Virus record (IMG/VR): IMGVR_UViG_3300032301_000360
Location: 3,819-67,818 of that record
Length of the DNA: 64,000 nt
From: a virus
Lineage: Duplodnaviria; Caudoviricetes
Strand: one strand, 5' to 3'
In this document: positions 20,601-30,556 of the stretch, piece after piece
How the letters are laid out: every line of letters starts with the position of its first letter
Position numbering within the stretch: the first letter of the stretch is position 1
Translations under genes and position numbers: made by a program
Notes under the pieces: generated by a model
Seen by the model: the letters and a program-made list of their open reading frames with translations, nothing else
What the model was told of the DNA's origin: nothing
Databases searched by the model: none

Positions 20601-23600
20601 TAGGGCGGGTTGGCTTGTTTGATTTCACCGGAAGCGATACCAGGGGAGCCAATTGATGTGAGGTCTGCGCCCGAGCGTACAAGATTTTGCCATGATGCAG
20701 GCGGCACAGGGCTTCGTACCCATTCATAAACGTCAATACTTGTGCCTGGCGCAATTCTGCCCCAGTTTTGGCGGCGTTGATTATCTGATCCAGTTTCATA
20801 ATCCAGGTACCTTGTTGTGCTCAGATCCCACCATACTTGACCCACTTGTGCTTCCCCCCATGCCTGGGGAGCATTCACTCCATATGTGAATGTGGGGTCC
20901 ACAGTGTATTGTGCAGGATCATATGCAGTTTTATATGTTATTTCTGCGTCTATGTTGCCAGGTATTCTGTTTTTTACAGGATCCCATAGTGCTACTATTT
21001 GTAGGGTTTGCAGTGATGTTAAGTCATACAGTCTGCTTTCTTGTATGTAACTCAAATCAGTTTTATAATTTTCTGTTCTGTACTCAAACCAGTTCCTGCC
21101 GCTGCTGATATAGATTTCCCAAGGGGTTGTGGCATCACCGTCAATCCATGTCAAATCTCCAGATTGGTAACCCTGCGGTGGTGTGGACTGATTTCTAGCG
21201 ATGAGAGTGGGGAACCTCATACTGAAATACTGCCATACTGTGCCACCTGAACCTGTGCCGGTGGTGCTCATGCCAATTACAAACGTGGTGTTATCCCACA
21301 CTGTGATAACTTCAAATGTGTCATTGATGTTAACACCAGCGTTGACCACACCATATATGACCACCATGTCCCCTTCTTTCAAGCCATGATCCTTGGTGCT
21401 TGTCACAATAGTTTGGGTGTTGTCTCTTGCATTGGGTTGTGTGCTGAGAACACTCCATGCACATGCACACAGCTTGTACACATTCCATCCACGTTTGGGA
21501 TCAATATACTGCCACACTCGTTGACCTGGCTTGATCATGCTCACAGTAGGGTCTGCCAGCACTTGTGACCTTATGCGGGCATATAATGATTTCAACTCAG
21601 CTTTATCTACAGCAGTGTAATTTACATCTTCCCTGATCACAGGACCAGCAGTAGGCAAATCACTCTTTAAACTACCATATGAAGTTCGCAGCTTGAACTC
21701 GGACAAATCACCATAGCTGTTGACAATTCTTACATCATTTTTCACAATAGTAACTTGATTATCACTTAATGGATCACTGTCTTCATTGCTCAGCAATGCG
21801 ACTAGTTGTGGATTGCTAGTCACTTGATCTTGTGGTAGTATTACATCCAAATTGTTCAAGTCTTGGTCATATCCATATTGACCTGCTCTGAATGCCCACT
21901 CCTCAAAATAGTAAAACTCTTGTTCAGGTTGGACCACTTGTGTGTTCCTGAGCAGTGCATCTATGCTCACACTAGTACCCTTTTGGTGGATCATGCCTTG
22001 ATAAAACTGGAATTCCGCACTGTTGTCCAGTAACAGATTGGTCAAGTAGGTTCGGGGTTGATATGCAACTTGATGCTGAGCCAAAAGTTGTAAATTGCGT
22101 GGTAGGGCCTGACTTATGGAACTGGTTTGTTTATTTTGATCAAATGGTATGCTTAAATCAATTTCAAATATCTTCCTCAAGTCATCCACAGTTTTTTCTA
22201 GGTTGGGGATAATTCTGTTGTTCACCACCAGATTATTCCCCAGCTGACTCACACTTTGTGTGACCAAATAACCTGGGGCTTGCATCCTGCCCTTCCAATC
22301 TAGAGTTCTATACCCAAACAGTTTGAATCTTGCCTGACGTTGATTGAGTACAGGATCATAGACCAAATCCCCAAACACTGTTTTGTTGTTGAATATGAGT
22401 GCATGTTCCAGACTGGTCGTATAAAGTCTGATCCCGTAAATGCCTTGGTCATTGAGCACTTTGATACTGATGTCATCCTCTATTCGCAAAAAGTCCAAAT
22501 TGGCCAAGCTGATAGGATTTCCCAGTCTATCCAAAACACTGTGAGTACCTTGCACCAAACCACCAATGTGTTGAATGATACCAAAATCAGTCTTGAACTT
22601 GCACAAGGTGGCAGCTGGACTGAGAGTCATATAGGTGCCCGCAGCCCAAGGACCCTGGCTCCAATACAAGAACTCTCTAGCACTCAGACTCCAGTTACGT
22701 GGGCGGCTGGCTGTGGAATCATATTCATCAAACTGCCATCCTGCCGCTTCCTGTGCTCTGCCCAAGCTGATCAGGAAGTCATACACCTGTTGGCGAGTTT
22801 GAAAAACAGTACCATAGGGCACAATATCTGTTTTGTTGAGTCCCTGTTTGTATTCTGTAACTTGTTGGTTTTCCACAACCACAGTTTGCTTGGCACCTGT
22901 GATGCGGCTGGGTATGATTTCAAAATAAGGATCTCTAGCATCATAACCAATCACTCGCCAACCCTGATTGCGCCCCAAGAATTCCACCAACACACCAGTG
23001 TACACATATTCTTTAATGCTGGCACTCCTCAACAGCTGACAGATCACATCTTCTTGGGGCAACAACAAGTTGTCTGTGTTGCTGAGTCCAAATGAATCCA
23101 CCAATGTTCTGATGTTTTGTCCATCTGTAAAACCACCCATTTTGTGGATGAGGTTCACACCTGCCCCTCTGATCAGATTACCCAAATACGTTGTGACACT
23201 TCGACTGTCAGACACCAGCTTCTCACTGATCCAGTGTTGAATACCACAACTGCCATGGTAAGTTTCTGTGCTGTTTAAGCTGGGGATCAGGTTGGGATTC
23301 TCTCTGTGCATCACACACGATATGACAGGTGTGCGTGTGAGTGTGTTACTTAGCACTCGTTGTGAATATGTTTGATCCTCAAACAACTCAATCTGTCTGA
23401 CTCCATCCCACAAATATTCCACAAATGCAGCAGGTCTCATCAAATATGCCCATTGTGACCAAAGCTGATCAGCATCCACGCTGGTGAGCCACACATTTTC
23501 CATGGGACTTCTGTCACCAAACTTCCAATCTGCCGCAGCTTGTGATTGAGAGGGCAGCTGAGTTATAATCCCAGCATCAAACGGTGCTAGTAATTGTCCT

Positions 23601-26600
23601 GCATCATTCACAGGCACATATTTGCTCAATCCTGGTCTGGCCCAGTCCACATGTGTGCCAGCTCTATCACCCTGGCGAATCACACCTGCCTCCAGGTCTT
23701 GCCATAATTTTAGGTTGCCACGAGTATATGGTGCAGTACCATACTCACTGTCCCACCAGGTTGGCTTCTGACTAAAGCCCAGCATTCTCCAAGGTGATGC
23801 ATGAGGTTGATCTGTGTCATAATAATAAAAATAGATACCTCTCCATGAACCAGGCAACGATTGTTGGTCTTGGTCTCTTGAGCTGCCATAATTCCATGAG
23901 AAAGGATCACTTATGTCAAACGTGGTGTTCCTGAGAGCATCCACTTGATTCATGGTGAGCCATCTGTTCCAAGCAGGTGCTTGCAATGTGGTAACGTCTG
24001 ACCTAGTGTAACTGGTAACACGAAACTTACCACTAAGTTGTGTTCGCACATCCAGGTCAGGCACATGATCCTCCATGGAATACTTCACAGGTAGGCTGCC
24101 ATATTGCAATTGTTCAAACAGTAGCCAAGCTTTAGCTACAGGATGAGTCAATTCTGACACATTTGTGGTCACACCTTGTGTGTTCAAAATCTGTCCCATG
24201 GGTTCATTATTGTAGTCACTCAGCACGCACAATGCTCCATTGTGGCATCTTAGTGTGAGAGGTGAGCCAGGCTGGCTTAAATCATAAAAAACTGTGGGCA
24301 CGTATGCACTCCATGCCCCCAATCTGGTAGCACTTGCAGGTACCCATGTGGGGTTCACACTCTGTTGTGAACAGTATGCCCCCAAGCTCAAATCAAATCC
24401 TGAATTGACCCATGCACTAGCCCTAGTCTTGCCCAGATTGATTTGGCGCAGTGCCCTGTCCAACCACAGTTGTGGATTATCCGAACCAGTGAGTGCTTGG
24501 TTATTATACACATTCCAAAGCGCATTTATAAATTTGTTATAAAAGCGCAAGTATTCTGTTTGACTCCACTGCATGGCCACCATGGGATCAGTCACACTCT
24601 GACTACCCTCAAAAGATTGACTTTGATCAATACCATTCAATGCCATCAATTTGAGCATGCTGGCTCTGTGCTGTAGAATCACTGTGCCTCTGCCCAACTG
24701 TTTGGGTGAATCTCTCCAGTTGTTGGCACCACTTGCTGTGCCTGTGAATCCTGTTTGATTGCGGATAACGCTTTGGCCGTGGGGCAGCATGTCTGCTAAC
24801 ATGAATTGTGTTACAACTTGATTGTCCGGGTTGGCTTGCAAATTGACAGGAATTTCAAAATATCCATCACGAACCTGATTGTGCACTCCCGCCCATGTGC
24901 CCACTTTAATAACAGTCTGCGCAGCAGGTTTTTCTTTCAATTGAATTGTGTTATTCAGCACTGTATACTGAGTTTCATTCAATAACGTGCCACCCACCTG
25001 AACAATAATATTGGGTGTACCTGTTTGTGTAAGCGCAGGCATTTGATCAATTGCAAATATGGTTTCATTATTTGTGACCACATATTCATTTATCACATAT
25101 TGTTTTGTTAATTGATCACTCAAAAACCAATTATTCACATACTGTGTTTGATCTGAAAATGTTTGCTGCCAATAATAGTAACCAGGAACTACAACTAGAT
25201 CTGTATTTTGATAATATGTTACTTGTATCTGTGTACAAGTAACATCAAACACATAATTACGAGCACTTGCAGAATCCACATCTGGCGAAAATCCCAGCAC
25301 AGGATCCACAGGCAATGCCGTGTTCTGCCTGTAGCTGAGCAAACTGCTTCCTGCAAAGTTACTGTTAGGATATGAAACTGGATCTGCTAAATTTGTACCC
25401 ACAGAGTCAAACAGCTCAAACAATGGGGCTTGGTTTATGGTGGCCACATACTCTTGTGAATCTGGGAGCCAATTGGGTAGTAACTGTCTGCTTTGGCCTC
25501 TCACCCATTTTGTGCCTGTGAAATACCAATTGGTGCTTACATTTTCATAATAGGGCTCATTTAGGCCTGTGTCGTTGGGTTTATTTCCTTGTAATATAAA
25601 AATTACACTTCCAGGTGCGCACAATCCAGACTCTGATGTGATATCTGTGATCAGACTTAGTGTGACTTTTCCATCCACTCTCACACCACTCACTTGATAC
25701 AGTCTGTTGTTCAAATTGGTATCTGTAAGATTGGTAAACAACACGATTTGTCCATCGTCCAATCTCACATTGTCCACTAACACATTTGTTTGTCCAATCA
25801 CACTGTCCAAGTTGGTACGTTTTGTGTCTACTAAATTGACATTGGTCAGGAATTGAGTACCAAAGTTCCACAATGGGATAGAATGATCAAATTCCAATAT
25901 GGGACGTTGTGCAGTAATAATAGTACTGTAACTCTGATCTGTTTTACTGATCACCAACACCTGTTTGTGGAACCATCTGTTTGTTTGACTCCACGGATTA
26001 CCATTTGGGCTGCCTCGGGCTATTGTCACATATGCAGGTGTTTCATTTAACCCTGCACTGTCCCAGGTGGTGCTGTCCCAGGCTGGTGGAGAATCCCATG
26101 CCAAGTTGGGTTGTGTGAATTCTGGCACTAATCTGATGCGTGTACCCACACCTTCTACAACATATACTTGGGATCGAATCTGGACGTTTATGTCTTGTGT
26201 AAACTGTACTCGTAAACCTGATGTGAACACAACTGTGGCGTTATCTTCTTGTACACCACTGATTGCAAATTTGATGTGACCCTCGTATGTGTATGTGCTT
26301 CCAGTTTGGATTTGTGCACAATTGGTCTCACTCATCAGCTGAATCAATTGGGGTCCTGTGGCCATCCACACATATTGAGTGTAATTGATCAGTTTGTCCA
26401 TGTCCACAGGGAGCCCGTAACTGTAATATTCACCTGTAAACAGTCTGTTATGGTCATTAACCAGTGCACCCTGCCATCTGAGCTTGTTAATCAGATCATC
26501 ATACGCCAACACATGGGTGATCTGATTGTTCTGTGTGTTGCGACTCACCATACCGGGTTCCACCTGGTAGTTCAGTCTGTCTGGAGTTGATTCAGGGACC

Positions 26601-26773
26601 CGGGCATCAAGGTTGGGATTATATGTGCTCAACAGTTGGCCCACATATGCATTCACATATTCCACTCTATCTGGCTGGAACATGTTGTCTGCTGTGGCTG
26701 CAAAGAACTTCTTCAACACATCTGTTTGTAATACTTCAGGTAGGAATTCACTAATTCTGCGAGTTTCACTCAT
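14660..26773 (-). CDS. giant (4037 aa) baseplate wedge/tail structural protein
   Basis: Uninterrupted 12.1-kb ORF directly after the gp6-like gene; repeated GDG..T.F.L beta-modules; C-terminal YINEIKPYHVK wedge-like motif. Confidence 0.8.
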   Translation of the reverse strand: MSETRRISEFLPEVLQTDVLKKFFAATADNMFQPDRVEYVNAYVGQLLSTYNPNLDARVPESTPDRLNYQVEPGMVSRNTQNNQITHVLAYDDLINKLRWQGALVNDHNRLFTGEYYSYGLPVDMDKLINYTQYVWMATGPQLIQLMSETNCAQIQTGSTYTYEGHIKFAISGVQEDNATVVFTSGLRVQFTQDINVQIRSQVYVVEGVGTRIRLVPEFTQPNLAWDSPPAWDSTTWDSAGLNETPAYVTIARGSPNGNPWSQTNRWFHKQVLVISKTDQSYSTIITAQRPILEFDHSIPLWNFGTQFLTNVNLVDTKRTNLDSVIGQTNVLVDNVRLDDGQIVLFTNLTDTNLNNRLYQVSGVRVDGKVTLSLITDITSESGLCAPGSVIFILQGNKPNDTGLNEPYYENVSTNWYFTGTKWVRGQSRQLLPNWLPDSQEYVATINQAPLFELFDSVGTNLADPVSYPNSNFAGSSLLSYRQNTALPVDPVLGFSPDVDSASARNYVFDVTCTQIQVTYYQNTDLVVVPGYYYWQQTFSDQTQYVNNWFLSDQLTKQYVINEYVVTNNETIFAIDQMPALTQTGTPNIIVQVGGTLLNETQYTVLNNTIQLKEKPAAQTVIKVGTWAGVHNQVRDGYFEIPVNLQANPDNQVVTQFMLADMLPHGQSVIRNQTGFTGTASGANNWRDSPKQLGRGTVILQHRASMLKLMALNGIDQSQSFEGSQSVTDPMVAMQWSQTEYLRFYNKFINALWNVYNNQALTGSDNPQLWLDRALRQINLGKTRASAWVNSGFDLSLGAYCSQQSVNPTWVPASATRLGAWSAYVPTVFYDLSQPGSPLTLRCHNGALCVLSDYNNEPMGQILNTQGVTTNVSELTHPVAKAWLLFEQLQYGSLPVKYSMEDHVPDLDVRTQLSGKFRVTSYTRSDVTTLQAPAWNRWLTMNQVDALRNTTFDISDPFSWNYGSSRDQDQQSLPGSWRGIYFYYYDTDQPHASPWRMLGFSQKPTWWDSEYGTAPYTRGNLKLWQDLEAGVIRQGDRAGTHVDWARPGLSKYVPVNDAGQLLAPFDAGIITQLPSQSQAAADWKFGDRSPMENVWLTSVDADQLWSQWAYLMRPAAFVEYLWDGVRQIELFEDQTYSQRVLSNTLTRTPVISCVMHRENPNLIPSLNSTETYHGSCGIQHWISEKLVSDSRSVTTYLGNLIRGAGVNLIHKMGGFTDGQNIRTLVDSFGLSNTDNLLLPQEDVICQLLRSASIKEYVYTGVLVEFLGRNQGWRVIGYDARDPYFEIIPSRITGAKQTVVVENQQVTEYKQGLNKTDIVPYGTVFQTRQQVYDFLISLGRAQEAAGWQFDEYDSTASRPRNWSLSAREFLYWSQGPWAAGTYMTLSPAATLCKFKTDFGIIQHIGGLVQGTHSVLDRLGNPISLANLDFLRIEDDISIKVLNDQGIYGIRLYTTSLEHALIFNNKTVFGDLVYDPVLNQRQARFKLFGYRTLDWKGRMQAPGYLVTQSVSQLGNNLVVNNRIIPNLEKTVDDLRKIFEIDLSIPFDQNKQTSSISQALPRNLQLLAQHQVAYQPRTYLTNLLLDNSAEFQFYQGMIHQKGTSVSIDALLRNTQVVQPEQEFYYFEEWAFRAGQYGYDQDLNNLDVILPQDQVTSNPQLVALLSNEDSDPLSDNQVTIVKNDVRIVNSYGDLSEFKLRTSYGSLKSDLPTAGPVIREDVNYTAVDKAELKSLYARIRSQVLADPTVSMIKPGQRVWQYIDPKRGWNVYKLCACAWSVLSTQPNARDNTQTIVTSTKDHGLKEGDMVVIYGVVNAGVNINDTFEVITVWDNTTFVIGMSTTGTGSGGTVWQYFSMRFPTLIARNQSTPPQGYQSGDLTWIDGDATTPWEIYISSGRNWFEYRTENYKTDLSYIQESRLYDLTSLQTLQIVALWDPVKNRIPGNIDAEITYKTAYDPAQYTVDPTFTYGVNAPQAWGEAQVGQVWWDLSTTRYLDYETGSDNQRRQNWGRIAPGTSIDVYEWVRSPVPPASWQNLVRSGADLTSIGSPGIASGEIKQANPPYVSRLQQTATGQLQTIYYFWTQNGTTVPATANRQISTSVIATSLAAPENLGIVWWAPISDKQTLIGNVGPYLNGTQTVWQTKWFNKYDVETVHREFDLIAQNDPRSSPPDWLWNKLGASLYEYDAYGNPLPDPTLRQLQSQGVLIRPRQGTFVDQVQSRRTVVQLVNQFLGASTQPPLSDPGRQSWLPYFQSEEPEPASTNIHDAVIVATTPYEETDGTSGRLNAYLQLDNDTGVSQLLSAQPGSLVLDGVVLRPGQTILIKNQNELTNALSPVIPAHDPSAENGIYMVVDAGVVIVNNNIPLLIEQDKDPVIITPGPLIVDSREITVNEKIYLMSQSIKSEIGVYILLSQGNSTAGPTIRKLYSQDQVIASDTLLSWCVQRVSDLSTPGQIWTNLQVSVTHGVTQAGTTWNQTNPSVQLLDMDQIVWQQGVAQPLWVSRVDNMAALYDLDYTLPFGSRVLVGADVTNMNKWTIWTWQNVGASQAEWQLYQSQTYRTQNTWDITDWYYSGYNSSSLWDYEFETLADRDAFLAFVTGDVVKVLNTGNNTWALYDCVQPASKTWRLVGKQSGTLTLKDNLWNYAANNLGFGAQGFGVEILGAEYDTRREFEQIWKGLWVNALGTQGLLKIDSSVNEPNQLMFALVNQVFAEQRFVDWAFKTSFINLRGFAEVLAPTELYTENNINSLIAYVNEIKPYHVKVRSFVDWRKASETYTGVYSDFDKPPFADVNQGVRILHEQVPADAVILQTDARYTAWYQNHVLNPQLVRQMRTRMIYDRVACAPEVYYSPGYSPSTQVDITCNSLSAWLGIILNNNIPVGTLIQVQAPGYTLMTRNQLQSSGLANWDFITWGLEYEGEIANTIYDITQVLNIINKPVGVGYTVRVYVDQVQTWVWYQKVSNTNTMQDWKTVAWQAPTGAAQRISDSYMPTGDMPSAQAPGLISGCESKLTSLSGKQFLTSDAWDANAWDDVKGWDYTNQQDTDSDMNVNSGQNLKYQLFVGNNTETQFMLRQPPQQPTELQVWVDGRKVFTPQDWIIRNQISQVLVSNKGLGYSMNDILIAQGGQYVSQAKFRVTGVTTLGAITSISLEEPGVYLVAPVMGVLPVMGGTGIQASVTVRWSGDQIKFTVAPGHPVQPRPNVWVIEKGETFNPALATLLDTTIDGAGLNRPHLEGGHPEELVMVWPRTNLIYDVYTAGTGGQGIMHNQVFDSDGVRTHFALPAPITEDQQLWVFVNGELKTHGVTADYVINYQYPQVVFVNAPAVGKVNIQQLGWGGASKGVGTVAVANPGSGYQLFDLITLTGSIPTGELAQAAVTAVKAVAISIVQGGQNYAVGDKLLYKYGTGTQTLILQVTQIKNQAGLRGVIDQLEIVQAGYYTNLSVGIDDWFTAGLGMQAELVPVWGAAQVFMSKRGIYAQDPQTLTQMSVIAAGGGVSEGVNIQLNMTPAHIQQQVTLHGDGATSGIQLNNPANVGTVWVTYNGATTISWGVDSGDPRNIVLDFIPQVGDVVIASVFNSSLFSLKRVQTLVLDLPNLSYDLEYAPLYSAPQGLNSQVFVNGILIRGPEYRRFQGDGVQTEWNLNTTVSDPDTMVKVWINGVLQANFSYTFPTTSQIKFDVEYTPAALSDILIQIVDTVTPNLDYVITDEQAVFQSGVLSGADQVQVITFQEDSSVKWAQDRFTGTSPAMYVLSRMPSDFGSVQVYVNGIKQSEVWDYTFVQVADQVQVKFHTVHTSGTKVLMYYVVSEPVKPHVAFRMFENIYGDTKFYRLSDSRYTKLTDTITWQEDHIWVQDGAKLPVATVQNPGVIWVNSERIEYTVAEPDANEVFPNRVKLSGLRRGSMGTSTGIFSDLVTEFHNGDGETTLYVTEFASPIVKVNGLEQVKGVHYNIIKDPPSVVPGTYIKFIKTDLVNYTPPPGDRNVCMINIINSISSGSVSHKSGTWVQDASMNQEIPAGYIWPYGDQGIQYSAEPQTAFLIAEPGTRHR

Positions 26774-26774
26774 G

Positions 26775-29700
26775 TTATCTGTCCATTCTCAATTCAGCAG
26801 GAGTAAGATTGGCCACCACTTGTACGTCTGTGACCCTGGCTGCACTCAAAAATAACTCATCTGGTGCACAACTTATTTCAAACAAGTCCCCAAATTGGCT
26901 TGTGCCGTTAGTGGGCACAATAACCACAGTGCTCACTAAAGTGGCCATTTGTTGATGGATAAATGCCACCAATTCTGTAAAGTAAAAGCTTTGACCAAAA
27001 CTCCAGTTTGCAATATCAAAATATGTGTCCACAGCCTGAATCACTCTGCTCTTTATTTCACTGTCTGTGATACTGGAACCAGAAATTTTTATCACCTTGA
27101 ATATGCATCTGAGTTCAGGCATTGCCTGATCCCCAAATAACAGTTTATACTTGACTGGATGCCAAATCATTTGATCAGTCATCATTTTATATTTGTTAAA
27201 CTCCTGAAAGGTTTGTCGTAAATCTTCAGGATAAGGGGGCATGGGCTCAGGGTCTTGTGGTCTGCCCTTGGTGATCCAGTTTCTCATATTTGTGTCATAT
27301 GAGCTGGTGAGCACATACATGTCTATAACATTTTGTACAGCAGGATCTATTCTGCGTTCTCTGCTTGCATAATGCTGCCAACAGTAGTTTATGGAATTTC
27401 TGCCTGTGCGTGCTTTGTATTCTGTGCTCACATCCAGCCAAGCTTGTGGTGCCTGTGCCTTATATTTCAAAAACACATTTGCGTTTATCACATAAATCAC
27501 ATCTGCATTCTTATATGTGTTTATTGTGCTCTGCGCCGTGGCTGATGGTACTTGATTGAGCAGATTGTATGTGGCTTTGATTTGAGTGGGCTTCCAGTAT
27601 TGATAACCTGACTCAATTATCTTTTGCCAAAACACCAACTGTGTACTGCTAACCAACTTGTCAAATGCTTCCGGATCATCTATGATATTGTCCTGGTTGT
27701 TGTCATAAAATTGCAATTGTACCTGATTGGGCTCTTGGTACCCGTCTGTGTATTGTGTTTGTGATTGCAGCAGCCAGCGTTGGTCTTCAGGTAATGCTGA
27801 ATCGTTTATGTCTTTGTTATACCTAAGGATTCTGATCTGATCTCTTTGGCTAGTGAGTGTGAGTGCATCCACAACTGGTGTGGAATTCACAAAGTAAAAC
27901 TTTACGTCACTCACACTTTCAAACATGTAACTGAGACTGCGCATGGTGACAACCCAGCCTTGGTTGGCTTTAAACAGGAATTGCAACAACCAACTTGCAT
28001 CCAAGTTGGCCTGAGTTGTGTCTCCCTGATTATCCAGACTGAAGTCAGCATCAATGGCTAAATCCACATTGTCTATTATTTTCCATGTGAGTGTGGATTG
28101 GTCATATCTCATTCCAAAGTTTTTACGGCTGTTTAGTGCAGTTGTGAGAGCACTTGTCTCTGCATCTGTGAGTGAAACACGCAAAGGAGGAATGGACACC
28201 CATGCAGGGGAACCTGTGATCACAGACTTACTCAAGAGCACACTAAAGACTCCCAATTGGTCTGTGGATTCATTCACAATGGCTGCCCAGTTACCATATG
28301 GCGCCTGTGCCTGAGTTTCTCCTGGGTTACCAAATGCCACCAAACTGCCTGTTGTGAGGCCCTTGGACAAATCTGGCAGAAACACATTCACAAACTCACC
28401 TTGACTGGCATTGGGCACACTACCACCAGTCACCTTCCATGTGGTGTTCACATTAAACTTTGGAAATTCGCTCAGATAAAAATTACGTAATCCAGGGTTA
28501 ATGGCTTGTCCTTGTTTTGTGCCTGCGAGTAATGGTTGTATACGATTTTGAATAATCTGATTGGTGTTTAAATTGCCTGCAAGAGGAATGTTGATGGTTT
28601 GGCTTGTGTAGTCTTTGTACATGATACCATCATCACTAAACACTTTGGTGTTAGAGTATTCACCTGTGGGATCAGTTAACTCCAGGTATCTGCTTTGTCC
28701 GCTGTACACCCTGTTCACAGCTCTCAGTTTAAGAGCTTGGCTGTTTTGTAGTGGGAACAGATTGTAGTCTTCACCGTTCACCATTCTGTTTTGTGTGTAA
28801 AACACAGCAGGTGCCCTAGCACGTATGGAGTCTGTGGTCTCCCTGCTCAAACTGTTAGCCACAGGGTATGTGAGGCCAAATGTGAGATTCAAGCTGTATG
28901 TGTTGTTAGTAGTGTCCACATACCCCAGAGTTAACGCTTGGCCCTGTATATCCTGTGGTTGAATGGTGTATGTGAGGTTGTTGCTGGTGCGATAATACAC
29001 ACGTATTCTGCCAGTGGGAATATTACCAAAATTTCCATCACCAAATCTGATGCTGATGGCATCTTGACCATTCAAATCTCTTGTGACCACTTGGTAAATG
29101 TCTCTGGTCAGTCTGTTCACATTATTGTACACCAAGTTACTGGCAAATATGGCAGGTACTTTTGTCCAATCCAGTGTGGGTATGCCTGTGTCTGTGACAG
29201 ATTGTACCCATACATCTGATTGGTTAACATTAATGGCTGTCAAATCTATAACTCTGTTAGGTATAGCAGAGTCCAGAATAAAGTCTGCATAAGCCAAGAT
29301 GCCTTGCTTGAACAACACAAAAAATCCTGTGTTAGCACTTGCATTACCGTTTCCATCATTTCTGTACAACATGCTCCAGTTGTTGAACACATTGGGGGTC
29401 TTTTCTTTATAGTAGCCAGAAAAGTTACCTGTGAGTGTGCTTAAAGTAGATTCAGTGTCAAAGTCTGAATTGCAAAATTCAAACTGCATGGCGGTGCCGG
29501 ACACCGTAGAGTTAAATGCGTAAGATAATGTGCTGGTGTTAGTGTTGTTCAGATCATATCTTTCTGCCAGCACTGTGCCAATCTGTGTACTCTTGACAGG
29601 ATCACCAAATGGGTTGGTGTTCACAAACGCAGCATTTAACACCAACACGAACTGCTCCAGCCAATCAGGATTGTTGGCATCGTTCCACAGCACCAGTTGA

Positions 29701-30116
29701 TTACTCAAGTTTTTACCATTGGAATCAAATATGGGTTGGCTGGTTCGCACACTTTGTAATTTGACCAGCCCTTGACTGGTCAAACATCTGCGAGGAGTGT
29801 AGCTCAAATAACGTGCCAGTCTGAACACACTCTCTCTACGAGTGGCGGTGTCCATGAAATTCTCTCGCACATTCAGATCCATTCTGAATGCCAGACTGCC
29901 TGCTAGGTAGGCCAACATTTCGATAATGGCCACAAACTCTGAGCTTTCAATCCAGTCGTTGAAGTCTTCTGGGTAGTTGACCCTCAGATAATCCACAAGG
30001 GCCTGGCGCACTGTATCATAATCATACGCGGAAAAATTTATGAAGTTGAATGCTTGGTATATTACCTGCCAGTCTTGACCGGCGAACAATCTGTTTTGTC
30101 TTAAGGTTTCACTCAT
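26775..30116 (-). CDS. gp6: baseplate wedge subunit, T4 gp6-like
   Basis: DYDTVRQAL...DFNDWIESSE...ENFMDTA.RRESV; IRFGDG.FG.IP; ETTDSIR.RAP...QNRMVNGEDY. Confidence 0.85.
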   Translation of the reverse strand: MSETLRQNRLFAGQDWQVIYQAFNFINFSAYDYDTVRQALVDYLRVNYPEDFNDWIESSEFVAIIEMLAYLAGSLAFRMDLNVRENFMDTATRRESVFRLARYLSYTPRRCLTSQGLVKLQSVRTSQPIFDSNGKNLSNQLVLWNDANNPDWLEQFVLVLNAAFVNTNPFGDPVKSTQIGTVLAERYDLNNTNTSTLSYAFNSTVSGTAMQFEFCNSDFDTESTLSTLTGNFSGYYKEKTPNVFNNWSMLYRNDGNGNASANTGFFVLFKQGILAYADFILDSAIPNRVIDLTAINVNQSDVWVQSVTDTGIPTLDWTKVPAIFASNLVYNNVNRLTRDIYQVVTRDLNGQDAISIRFGDGNFGNIPTGRIRVYYRTSNNLTYTIQPQDIQGQALTLGYVDTTNNTYSLNLTFGLTYPVANSLSRETTDSIRARAPAVFYTQNRMVNGEDYNLFPLQNSQALKLRAVNRVYSGQSRYLELTDPTGEYSNTKVFSDDGIMYKDYTSQTINIPLAGNLNTNQIIQNRIQPLLAGTKQGQAINPGLRNFYLSEFPKFNVNTTWKVTGGSVPNASQGEFVNVFLPDLSKGLTTGSLVAFGNPGETQAQAPYGNWAAIVNESTDQLGVFSVLLSKSVITGSPAWVSIPPLRVSLTDAETSALTTALNSRKNFGMRYDQSTLTWKIIDNVDLAIDADFSLDNQGDTTQANLDASWLLQFLFKANQGWVVTMRSLSYMFESVSDVKFYFVNSTPVVDALTLTSQRDQIRILRYNKDINDSALPEDQRWLLQSQTQYTDGYQEPNQVQLQFYDNNQDNIIDDPEAFDKLVSSTQLVFWQKIIESGYQYWKPTQIKATYNLLNQVPSATAQSTINTYKNADVIYVINANVFLKYKAQAPQAWLDVSTEYKARTGRNSINYCWQHYASRERRIDPAVQNVIDMYVLTSSYDTNMRNWITKGRPQDPEPMPPYPEDLRQTFQEFNKYKMMTDQMIWHPVKYKLLFGDQAMPELRCIFKVIKISGSSITDSEIKSRVIQAVDTYFDIANWSFGQSFYFTELVAFIHQQMATLVSTVVIVPTNGTSQFGDLFEISCAPDELFLSAARVTDVQVVANLTPAELRMDR

Positions 30117-30508
30117 GGGTTGCTACTTTCCACATTACGACGGTCAAAATCCACACTAAATGCATCCACAAAATTAAAAGGAGCATAAAACAAATTCATT
30201 TGCAATTGAATGCCATGGTCTAATTCCACCAAGTTGATGCTTTGTAATTGCACCCTATTGTCTGTTTGCACTATGGAGGTGGCATCTTCCACTATCAACG
30301 TGACCACATCTGTGGTCATGGGCTCAAACAAAAGGTCCCAAATTATGCTACCAAAATCAGGTCTCATGACCCGTTCTCCTTTACGAGTATAAAAGTGGTT
30401 GACCAGATCTCTTTTGATCAATTCCAGGTCTGTCCATTGTGTTTGTTTAATGCTGGCATCCACGCTGCTGTAGCCAACAAATATTCGGGTTCTGGGTGTA
30501 TTTGCCAT
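30113..30508 (-). CDS. gp25: baseplate wedge gp25-like protein
   Basis: DLELIKRDL.NHF.TRKGERVM.PDFGS.IWDLLFEP. Confidence 0.9.
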   Translation of the reverse strand: MANTPRTRIFVGYSSVDASIKQTQWTDLELIKRDLVNHFYTRKGERVMRPDFGSIIWDLLFEPMTTDVVTLIVEDATSIVQTDNRVQLQSINLVELDHGIQLQMNLFYAPFNFVDAFSVDFDRRNVESSNP

Positions 30509-30515
30509 GTGTGAA

Positions 30516-30521
30516 TATTTA
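30516..30521 (-). promoter_or_regulatory. late promoter TAAATA
   Basis: TAAATA 7 nt upstream of the gp25 ATG, heading the 20-kb baseplate operon. Confidence 0.6.
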
Positions 30522-30556
30522 GCTTGAGTAATATGTACAGTTTTTAATCAGATTCA

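Noticed and set aside
15030-29444. Many plus-strand ORFs (including 22340-23095, 251 aa) inside the baseplate genes
   Set aside because: Antisense to long, motif-bearing structural genes; no SD or motifs.
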